A stretch of 64,000 nucleotides of DNA from Guillardia theta CCMP2712 (lineage: Eukaryota > Protista > Cryptophyta). The stretch is from assembly GCF_000315625.1 (NCBI RefSeq), contig NW_005434531.1:1-64000 (forward strand). Direction: 5' to 3'. Position 1 is the first letter of the stretch, and each line of letters begins with the position of its first letter. Shown here piece by piece: positions 54,901-64,000 of the stretch. The position numbers and the translations under genes were made by a program. The notes beneath the pieces are model-generated. The model had not been told where the DNA came from. It did no database searches and worked only from the letters and a program-made list of their open reading frames with translations.

Positions 54901-55179
54901 GATGATGTCTTCAAAGTAAGAAGAACGATGCACCTCACAGCTGACCACGAGAGATGTTGGAGTCAACACCATGTCAAGTTCGCCTTCGCTCCCAGCTCCC
55001 TGCGCACAGTTTGTTCCCCATCCTTCCTCCGATGGCCCCCGTTGCAAACTTTGAGGGTCGACATTCATCTCTGCAAGCTCGGGGGTGATGTCGCTGATTC
55101 TGGGGAAGTCTTGAGGAGAATCTGGAAGAGAATCGCGAGAGGCGGAGGCTAGCTCCCTCCTATCTCGTAAAGGTTCCAT
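51962..55179 (-). CDS. Large coiled-coil protein with a 17-aa tandem repeat (multi-exon)
   Basis: ORFs 54421-55368 and 52416-54113 plus terminal exons ending NQGVFSPVQ*. Heptad-rich throughout. Confidence 0.75.
53312..53603 (-). repeat. 51-bp coding tandem repeat (ALAAEL[A/E]EAR[R/G]EAERAG), 5 full copies plus a partial copy
   Basis: Visible in both DNA and protein. Confidence 0.95.
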
Positions 55180-56389
55180 GTGTGGAGTAGGGTGGGAAGA
55201 GACTTGTTGTATCCTTCTTGATCTCCTTAAACTTCTTTTCTCGTTCGATTCTTCAACATTCTTTGCTCCTCTGCGCTCCGCTTGCTCCCTCCCTCCATCC
55301 TCTCCTCCCTTCTCCCGCCCATCGTCCAACACCCGCGCATCTGCCCCTCGACATTTCGAACCAAACAAACTTCTCTACAAACTTTCCGAGGTCAAACTTT
55401 CATTCTTAAGTTTCAGAAGTTTCAGTTCGGAAGTTCTTCCGACCCGGGGTCGGGCCGGCTGTAGTACCCCCTTCTGTTGCGCCTCTTGACCCTGGTACTG
55501 AATGACCCCTACCCCTCATTATCCCCTGCAGAACCCCCGCATACCAACTCAATCGGAGGGTGCTGCATCCGACTCCGGGCAACAGCCACCCCTCCCCCTT
55601 CCCTGCCACCCAGTGCCGGCTCGGCACCCGTCTACGGTACCATTGAATGATCAACAGCACCCCCCCCCTCCCCCTACGTTATACTACCCACCCCACACCC
55701 ACTTCCCTGTCCCAAGGCACGACCCTCCAGCTCTGTTCAAAGTTAAAACGTGGACTGGTGGGGTCATGACATATTAGTATCCCGGCGACCTAATACCAGA
55801 AAGTACCCCTCCTATTTTCTGTTTCAGGTAGGGTGATACCGCTAGACTTGAATGACCCCACCCCTACGTTTTGATGACCCACCCATGCATATCTTTTCCT
55901 CCTGTTATACCACCCGTCATGTTAGCTAGGCCCAACTGGGACCTGACTCCAACATGCTGAGTACCCCCTCCTTGAACTCAAGCGCCCAGTGCGTCACTAC
56001 CGGTAGGGTAGGGTGGAAATGGTGGCGTCGGTCGGATCCGAATGGTGTAGGGAGGCAGGGAGGGAGGGAGGAAGCAGGAAGCGAACGAGGAACGACCAAC
56101 ATGCGCGGCATCCTTCAACTTTGCACGTTGACATGCTGCGGCAACTCGAATGAGAGATAGTGTGTAAGGTGCTGACTGGATGCCGGAGCAGGAAGGTGGG
56201 GGGAGTTACGGTGGGGTGACGTTGAGGAGCAGGAGTGTAGGCTAGAGGAGGAATGCATGAGCTCTTGAAGTGAGAGCTTTCAAAGGTGGGAGGACCAGTT
56301 TGACAGTGGAATCCCGTCTTAATACAATCCAAAAAATTCGATGGTTGAAATGTTTGAGCACTCATCAAATTCTTTCGCAGAAACAGGTC

Positions 56390-58535
56390 ATGGAGGCAAC
56401 AGAAGGAGTTGCTCTCGAGTCAACAAAGGAGAACGGCACTCAAAAGGGAGAGATTGAAGAAAAGAAGAATGATTCAACCTTTATGTCAGAATCGACACCT
56501 GAACAAAAGAAGGTCTCCACGAAAAGCTATGATGCTACCAAAGCTAGCAAAGAAGAGAGAGAAAGGAGGGAGCAAAAGCACCTTGCAGCAGTTCAGAGGA
56601 AGGAGGAAAAGGAAATGAAGGCATGCACTTTCAAGCCAGAAATCAGCCGGCGTTCAATGGAAATTGTAAACAGCAAGCCTCGGCAAAGCGTCGTCTCGCC
56701 TGTGTAAGAACTAAAGTTAAACTGCATGCAAGAAGCTCTCTGATGGACTTGTTTTGCATGGTCTGGTGAATGCGTCTGCTTCTTGCAGGGAGAAGAACAG
56801 GAAATCTGAGGAGCATAAAGTGTTTGGAGGAAGTCCCACCATCAATGAAGTCTCAAGGCAAATAGCATCTCAAAAACCGCGTTCAGGGAACGTGTATGAT
56901 AGATTGATAGAGATTGGAGAGGAAAGCCGTCGGAGACGAGAAAAGTTGGTATGCCCGAAATGTTTCTTCTTTGACTTTGAGTCAGAGAGGCAGAAGAGAA
57001 AGCAAAGGCTGAGTTGGAGTCAAGGTAGCCCTCACTTTACTTGTTGAGAGGTTGCTTACTCTGAGCAGCACTTGGATCCCGGAACTGAACAAGAAGTCTC
57101 TAGCCATCTTGCGAGACAAAGAACTTTATCAAATGGACGCGGTGACAAGATTGACGGAGCATGCTTTAAAGCGCCAAATGGTGGAACCAGTACATGTTTG
57201 TGTGGTTTGTTGATTCGATGAAATACAGGAAAACTTGAGAAAATTACAGGAAGAAAGAGAGAATCAGGTACTCCTGTCAAACTAATCAGTTGTGTTGATG
57301 ATTGAAAATTCATCTATCCAGATCAGGATGCAAATGCACCCGGCAAATTCAAACGGCAAGAACAACAAGTCAAGATCGTTTTCAAAGAAAGATGTAAGAT
57401 TCGCAGCACATTGGTGTTGAGTGAGATGATTGGGTCAGGGATCCCCTGACCTCTCAAGAGACTCTGAGAAGAGCCTCACTTCATTCTCTCCTACATTAGG
57501 TGAGCGCTTTTCCAACGCTCTCGCGGTTATACATCAGTGCTGAACTCGTACAGATGATTCTCTGGAGGGAAAGTCGGATGCGAGTCCATCGTCGAAGATA
57601 GTCCGCCCGTGATGATTTTTATCCCATGACAACTCAGACGACTGAGAAGATTCGATGCAGACAGACAGCACCAGCGAAGCGAAGTCTGTCCAAGGCAAAC
57701 ACAACAATCATTCAGGCATTGCAAGATTTTCTTGAGAGTGGGGATTAAAATTATTCCAGGGAGGCAAGCACAAACAAACCAAGAATGAATTAGATTCCAG
57801 TTCTGCATCACGTAGCTACCTGAAAACAAATTTGAATGATGCTTTGTGACACCAGTTCTACCAGTCTTCGAAACGAGCCTGGAAGGAACCAATTCTTCTC
57901 AGCAACATATCAAAGGGTAAAATCCATTGACCCTCACTCAGCTGAATTCCAGTGCTAGGAAAGGAATGCAACAAGACCAGGCCAATCACGCCGAATTCTC
58001 AGAGAACAGGTAGCGACCCTTGTGCAAACGCATTTCTCTTACTGGTGGTGATCCAGCCAAGACGTCAGCGCTCTCCAAGCCGAGATCTTGCAACTAAAAG
58101 ATAGAATTGTCGCTCTTGAAAATCACTCTAAGACCGTCGAGGAAGAGAGATACAAGCTCCTGCAGGAGAATCGAGACCTTCGAGCGAAGCTGGCAAGCGG
58201 CTGGGGTGCCAAAATGTTTCTGAAAGCTGACAGGTTGACATGCAGCATGAAAGCGACAAGGAGGAGATTAGCCGGAAGTTGTCGGAGATGACGGAGAAGT
58301 GTCAACAGACGCTGCTTGCCAACGGAAGGCTCATGGAGAAGGTTCCTATTCGCACATGAAAGCTTCTGCCTCATCTCCTGCAGGTGAAGCTGTTGAGCCA
58401 GGCCGACTCGAACGGACAGGACGGCTCGTCCACGACCTCCTGAGCTCCCTTTGCGATTCTGAGAGAGGAGAGGAGAGGAGGTTCCTTGTCTTGAGGATGC
58501 CAAGCGAAGCAGATGTCAGATGGGATTCTTTATGA
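56390..58535 (+). CDS. Hypothetical multi-exon protein with a CTFKP motif and coiled coils
   Basis: MEATEGVALE...EKEMKACTFKPEISRRS; GGSPTINEVSRQIA...NVYDRLIEIG; C-terminal LQLKDRIVALENHSKTVEEERYKLLQENRDLRAKL. Confidence 0.55.
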
Positions 58536-58550
58536 TGTCAGTGAATGTTT

Positions 58551-61500
58551 TCAGAAAAGCTTCTTGTGGCCTTCGCTCGCCACAAACTCATGCGTGAAGC
58601 AGGGGCAGATCCTCTTGTTTGAAGGCTCCGTATTTGCACTACAGCGGAAGAGCCTTATGGGTCCTGTTAGCAGGGATTGGTTGTGGAGGACGGGCAGGTC
58701 GTTCCTCACTTCAGCAAGTCTGTCCCCGTAGGCCGTTGGCTTGTTGTTGAACAAGGGTGATTTGCTTGGGTTGAGGGAGCGAGCAGCGCTTCTCCCTTGG
58801 AGCTTGTTGGGGATGCTGGCATAGATCGCTCCCCAGGTCGTGCAGACGCGACTAAGATGCTTGCAGACTGTGTCGCAATCCTCCCTGGGCCTCCCCGCCA
58901 CGACCAGCACGAAGGGGGACGTGGTTCTGCCTTGATTGGCGGCAGCCAGAACAGCAGGAAGGATGATCGTCTTGTCATGCTTGCAGCTGCTGTTAAAGAA
59001 GTTCAGAGCTTGCTCGCTGCTCATGGCGAGCTTGGCGAAGAGAGACTGAGCTGACCCGTTCCTCTCCAGCACAGGCGCGTGCGGCCCCACCAGGAAGATC
59101 GTGTGATGGGCCACGTGTACCATGACCATATCCTTGTAGTATCCTCTCACCTTGCCGATGCCGCTGATGAGGCTGAAAGGATAGAGGATGGAGGCAAAGT
59201 TCGGACTTCGTCCCCTCTGCGTGTCACTGAGAGCAACCAGGTACGTCGTGCTCCTCTCCTTGATCAGGAGATCCTTGAAGCATCTCGTATGCTCGAGGCT
59301 CACCCAGACCCCATCGTGGAACTTGAGCGCGAGCTTGCGATCATACGTCTCCTCCCGCACCTCCTCGAACGCGCATGCCTTGCTGCTGACCTGGAAAGAC
59401 TGCACGTCCAGTACTTGGCTCTGAATCCACTTGGTCACCGACCATCCTGAGGAGGAGGGCTGGTGGAAGACGCGGCTGACGACTGGGAACAGGCCCGACC
59501 GGCTCCCCTTGAAGATGTTAAGGAAGGGTGTCTCCCACCCTCCGATGATGGTCAGGGTCTGGATCTTGTCCTCGTCCCTGTTGGAGGTGTCCGAGACAGG
59601 CCACAGGGAGGGCGACATGACCTGCTCGTAGACTGCTCGCGTCGTCAGCCAACCGAGGCTCATGAAGTACTCTCCTCGCTGTACGGCACACTGGAGGCCC
59701 GGGCGGATGTTGTAGCTGTTGTCGTTCCATGCGGAGACGACCATGAGGTTGGGGTCCTTGAGCATCTCACAGTAGCCGAACTCGAGAAAGGAGAGCAGGT
59801 CGTCGGCAGGGAGCAGGTCGTCTTCCAGTACCACCGTCGCGTTCCTCGAGCACTCGGAGGGCGTCGACGGTGAGTCGAAGGCGTAGGCGAGGGCGTTCCA
59901 AGTCATGTGCACCAGCCGGTCAGTGGGGAAGAGCTTGGTCGCGTCCTTGTGGTACCCGACGTAGTTCCTACGGAAGCCCAGGCGCCGCATGATGGAGGGG
60001 TGAAAGCCGTTTGGGTTCCTCCTCCACAAGATCCCGTACATTCGGGAGAACCACTGGACCGTCCGCAGAGTCTTGCGCTGCTTGTCCGTCATGTCCAGCT
60101 CGTTCATGCTGTCGATGTGGACGGTGATGCAGGCGGGTCGCGTCTGCTCCACCAGCTTCATCAGCGTCTTGTAGAGCAGCTCAGGTCGATCCTTGGTGAT
60201 GATCTGGACGCTGATGGCCCGGGCAGGAGGAGGGGCACGTCTGAACCAGTGCGGCATGGTGAGAGTCTGGATCGACTTCTCCTTATCCAGGCACGGCGAG
60301 AACGAGTCAATGCTGATCACGCACCCAGTGTCCTCGGAGTAGAGTTCGTCCAGCTGCGAGGACCCGGGGAAATGTGTGCGCGAGAGGAGCTGGGAACAGG
60401 TCAAGCTGGATAGCCGCTGGTCTGCTCCTGCCATCTGCTTGCTGGCCTGGACGAGGGAGAGGCGGAAGACAAGGAGGGAGGAGTCGGCGAAGTAGGCCTG
60501 GGAGGTCTTGGTCATGCCCTGTGCCAGCTGGAAGACGAACTCGTGAGAGTAGTGGAGAACTGGAGGCTGGAGGTGGCTGGACCAGAAGGAGACGTCGTTG
60601 GCGTTGACGAGGAAGCAGGAGAGCTCTGGCCCGCACCGGACGGCCGAGAAGGATCGCCGGACAGCGAGGAGCGCCTTGAGGAACTCTGAAATGTGCTCCC
60701 TGCAGATGGTGAACCCTGCTCCTTGCTGCAGCACGTACTCGTGCAGGCACTCGACATTGTCGCAGAGCTGCTTGTACTGCCGGAACCCCACGGCGACCTG
60801 GCACAGAGTTCGGTTGACGTCATCACCATGGGCGAACGAGCACTCGGACGGATCCGGCGGGGTCAGAACGATGACATTGACCGATCCCTGGCTGTTGTGG
60901 ATGCAGCGGTAGTGATGGGGGAGGGACCCTTGCTCCCTTGCCCGCATCCTATCCCCTTCCAGCTCCTCTTCCCCGTATCCCCTAGCTACAGCTTGCCTCA
61001 CCGCCTCTCCATCGCCCCCTGCTATGAAGACGACGTCGACATCCAAGAACAGCGTGTCTGCTGCTGTCACCCACTCGGCAAGCACCGACAACAGCCACTC
61101 CTCGTTGACCTCCGGCATCCCCACCAGGGGGACGAGCACGGCGAGGGAGGTTATCCGAGACTTAACCTGCCTGCAGATCACGTCCACCTGCACTGAGCTC
61201 TGATGAATGGCTCCCAGCACGTCGAGGGAGATATTGCAGCCACTCCTATCGGCGACGGTGGACCGTTTGTAGTTCTGATACGGCAGCACCTCATTCATGA
61301 TAGCCATTCCTTCCAAGTTGTGAAGCGAAACTACGTTAAGGCGAAGGTCAGCATCGCAGACGCTCATGTTTCCCTGCTGCTGGCATCGTAGCATGCTCAC
61401 TGAGATGTCTTTCTTGAGGCTGACAACATCAAGATCCCTTTCCAACTTTCTCTCCGCTTGCAGGATCGCACTCCTGATGACCGAGAACAGCAACCAATCA

Positions 61501-61712
61501 GGGCAAGGCTGGTCCTGGCTCTTTGGCGAAGGAGAAAGCTGTTTCATGTCCGATCTTTTGATCAAAATCTTCTTGTTCATGACTATGTAGAACAAGTTCT
61601 GTGAGATGAAGAGACCCATCGTGATCCCAAGAAGCAGGAACGATGTTTGCTTTGCTGTCGGCAGCACTGAAGCTGTCGACCTCGATATAGGTTTCTTCGG
61701 ATCGTTCTTCAT
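58551..61712 (-). CDS. Intronless type II membrane glycosyltransferase with a GT13 (GnT-I/POMGnT1-like) catalytic domain plus extra modules
   Basis: TM segment FLLLGITMGLFISQNLFYIVM. GT13 motifs IITKDRPELLYKTLMKL, VVLEDDLLPADDLLSFL...DPNLMVVSAWNDNS and RGEYFMSLGWL. First in-frame ATG at 61712 (the track starts at an upstream TTG, 61784). Confidence 0.85.
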   Translation of the reverse strand: MKNDPKKPISRSTASVLPTAKQTSFLLLGITMGLFISQNLFYIVMNKKILIKRSDMKQLSPSPKSQDQPCPDWLLFSVIRSAILQAERKLERDLDVVSLKKDISVSMLRCQQQGNMSVCDADLRLNVVSLHNLEGMAIMNEVLPYQNYKRSTVADRSGCNISLDVLGAIHQSSVQVDVICRQVKSRITSLAVLVPLVGMPEVNEEWLLSVLAEWVTAADTLFLDVDVVFIAGGDGEAVRQAVARGYGEEELEGDRMRAREQGSLPHHYRCIHNSQGSVNVIVLTPPDPSECSFAHGDDVNRTLCQVAVGFRQYKQLCDNVECLHEYVLQQGAGFTICREHISEFLKALLAVRRSFSAVRCGPELSCFLVNANDVSFWSSHLQPPVLHYSHEFVFQLAQGMTKTSQAYFADSSLLVFRLSLVQASKQMAGADQRLSSLTCSQLLSRTHFPGSSQLDELYSEDTGCVISIDSFSPCLDKEKSIQTLTMPHWFRRAPPPARAISVQIITKDRPELLYKTLMKLVEQTRPACITVHIDSMNELDMTDKQRKTLRTVQWFSRMYGILWRRNPNGFHPSIMRRLGFRRNYVGYHKDATKLFPTDRLVHMTWNALAYAFDSPSTPSECSRNATVVLEDDLLPADDLLSFLEFGYCEMLKDPNLMVVSAWNDNSYNIRPGLQCAVQRGEYFMSLGWLTTRAVYEQVMSPSLWPVSDTSNRDEDKIQTLTIIGGWETPFLNIFKGSRSGLFPVVSRVFHQPSSSGWSVTKWIQSQVLDVQSFQVSSKACAFEEVREETYDRKLALKFHDGVWVSLEHTRCFKDLLIKERSTTYLVALSDTQRGRSPNFASILYPFSLISGIGKVRGYYKDMVMVHVAHHTIFLVGPHAPVLERNGSAQSLFAKLAMSSEQALNFFNSSCKHDKTIILPAVLAAANQGRTTSPFVLVVAGRPREDCDTVCKHLSRVCTTWGAIYASIPNKLQGRSAARSLNPSKSPLFNNKPTAYGDRLAEVRNDLPVLHNQSLLTGPIRLFRCSANTEPSNKRICPCFTHEFVASEGHKKLF

Positions 61713-62747
61713 TCTAAATGGATCCGACGGAGGATCATAACTCGAGATGAGAAATCCTTGTGATATTTGAGACAAAGAAGCCAAATTACATCTTCGCAGG
61801 AGCTCTGCAAAAGTTTTGTCAGGGAATCCTCAAGTTCATGGAGCAACACTGAACTAGAGAAAACTCCTTTACCTGTAGAATTCCAGAGTTTCTAGTTGAC
61901 TTTGAGCCCTATATTGTTCATAAAAAGAGTCAGATCGATCAAAACTTGACTGTACATACTGTCATTATCATCAACCTCTCAAAGATAATTTTCAAGATGA
62001 TGTTTGCCTCTCAATGCATGTCGTCCACAAACTCTAAAATCCGTCGCTCCCAGCTCAAGAGCGCTATTCATGCAGAATCATCAATATCTTTCAAATGCAA
62101 TATGTTGAAAATAATTCAATTCCGATATCCTACACATATTTCAAACCTCTTACACACATACGGTCATCATCATCATCTTTCTTGTCCACCTTGCATTCCT
62201 AGAGCACCTTCGCTTCTCTTCACATAGACTTGAACGTCGCATATCTTCTTTTCGCTCTCTGAGGTGATCGCTTACACCATATCTTGTATTTCTCTCCTCT
62301 CCTCTCTCTCTGCTCTTGTTCCTTCTCTCACTTTCTCCCTCTCCATCTTTCATTCATCGACCTTATCCGGCGCATTCCACCCGACTGCTCGATCACCCAC
62401 CCCATGTCCCCCCAATGATCACCCCCACACAGTCAGTTGATTGGGGGGTACTTTTTTCACTCAACCACGATGGGAACAACTCGTACCGCCGACCAACACT
62501 ACCCAACCCCTAGCCATACCATGAAACCACCCCCTACGACTAGGTACCAATCAACTTCGCAGCAGCACCCCTATCGTTGACTACCCCCCTTTCTCTCTTT
62601 CCAGGACCCCCTGCATCCATATGAGGCAGGCAGGGAAGATTTGCCCCAAGACAGACCACCCTCTCAACGCTCAGACAAAAGTACCTACCCCCTTTTTATT
62701 AATCTCGGTTGACCACCCTACCCTATAAAATGACGATTGTCCTTCCT

Positions 62748-62775
62748 ACTGATTTTTAACTTAACTTTGAGTAAA
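62748..62775. repeat. 28-bp dispersed motif identical to 33289-33316
   Basis: actgatttttaacttaactttgagtaaa at both sites. Confidence 0.95.
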
Positions 62776-62951
62776 CATATTGACCTCCCCTACCTCCTGG
62801 CTCCCCGACGCAACTCGGAAGTACTACGGTACCCTCGCTGGTCCCCTGTGCGATGATGAGGGAGCAGGTCGGCAAGGCTGACAAGGACCCGCTTGCTGAG
62901 GTCAAGATGCGCAGCCCGCAGAGAGAAGCAAGAGGGGGAGGGGCGAGGGCT

Positions 62952-64000
62952 ATGGGCAGGGCTCTTGGCCTGATAGGCTTGAGCTCCATCATCATCTCGA
63001 GCGCGGTGGTGAGGAACGACCTGAGGGTTGGAGGGAAGGTTTTTCTGAGCTGTGCTTGTAACAGGGAGCGTCATTTCGATGTCCTGGGCGATATGTAGAC
63101 TACAATCTGAGGATGGCTGGGGGGGGAAGCTGCTTGCGCATACGAGGAGGGGATGCTAGGGAGGGAGGACGAGGTAATGTCTCGAGAGGAGTCAAGGAAA
63201 GAAACAAAGGGGCGAGCAAGAGGCAGCGGGTGTGCTACTCTGGAATGAATGTGAGCAAGCAGTCTGCCGAGACAGAGGTAAGAGGAGGGGTCAAGCCTGT
63301 AGAAGCAGATATCAAGGGGGTAGAAGCAAAGATCGAGCGTGTGGAAGCAGATATCAAGGGGGTAGAAGTACAGATGAAGCTTGTGGACGAAGAAATCCAG
63401 GCTTTACTGCGTGAGATCAAATCTGAACAGGATCCCACGATGAAGGCCGCCCTTGAGAGGAGACTCGAGCAGCTTGGAGCAGACAAGAAGCAGCTTGGAG
63501 CAGACAAGAAGCAGCTTGAAGCAGACAAGAAGCAGCTTGGAGCAGACAAGAAGCAGCTTGAAGCAGACAAGAAGCAGCTTGGAGCAGACAAGAAGCAGCT
63601 TGGAGAAGAAAAACTTATCCTTTTGAGACAGAGCACCGGATCCCATTTGCCACCGATTGCTTGGAAGGAGTCCGATGCAAGACTGGATCGGATGGGCTTT
63701 TGCAACGACAACAAGTACTTTCGTCTCGATGCATCCTACCTACAAAGAGACGGAGAGCTCCTTCTCTACTGCCGGGAAGCTTTCAAGAATCAGCATCGTT
63801 TCTTGAGGGAGAAGGTGGTGGGGCAGCGAGCTTTTGGCTGGATCCAAGGCCCGCCGGGAACGGGGAAGACGACGACGACGCTAGCCTTCTGCTTGTCTCT
63901 TGACATGAGGGAATGGAGCGTAACGCTCATCAGGCTGCATTCAAACAAGAATACTCGGTGCATTCAAATCGTCGGCGGTAAGAGGAGATCGTGTGAAATA
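62952..64000 (+). CDS. Crinkler (CRN/CR)-type P-loop NTPase effector-like protein, 3'-partial; predicted intron 63009-63064
   Basis: Not in the ORF track because there is no stop before the edge. MGRALGLIGLSSIIISSAV|GASFRCPG...CLRIRGG...(ADKKQL[G/E])x6...LLLYCREAFKNQHRFLREKVVGQRAFGWIQGPPGTGKTTTTLAFCLSL. Confidence 0.75.
63479..63604 (+). repeat. 21-bp coding heptad repeat (ADKKQLG/ADKKQLE) x6
   Basis: gcagacaagaagcagcttg(g/a)a tandem copies. Confidence 0.97.

Overview
Gene-dense, intron-rich eukaryotic nuclear DNA with four 100-N scaffold gaps. Three genes carry bipartite signal-peptide-plus-Phe plastid presequences, introns are short, and there is an RWP-RK gene with an IYPRKK pre-motif. 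Together these point to an alga with a secondary red plastid, probably a cryptophyte (inference). About 21 genes lie mostly in alternating head-to-head and tail-to-tail order. They are an IPT/TIG protein, an RWP-RK transcription factor, Nup133, an RlmN-family radical-SAM methyltransferase, an organellar lysyl-tRNA synthetase with a WHEP-like domain, an AAA+ ATPase with a Walker-B E->Q change, a CvfB-like S1/winged-helix protein, kinesin-14, a GSK3/shaggy kinase, plastid-targeted NusG, an intronless multi-module GT13 glycosyltransferase, several coiled-coil or unknown proteins, and, at the right edge, a Crinkler-type P-loop NTPase gene missed by the ORF track. The most notable observations are: (1) the Crinkler-like gene has a signal peptide, an LRIRGG ubiquitin-tail motif and a heptad repeat; (2) the glycosyltransferase appears to fuse GT54-like, GT13 and MGAT5-tail modules; (3) ACCCC/GGGGT-rich islands mark nearly all gene 5' intervals and no convergent junction; (4) a 28-bp dispersed motif forms a hairpin at one site; (5) a telomere-repeat tract sits inside an intron. 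Exon boundaries and many start codons are approximate, and all family calls are from motif recognition, not database searches.
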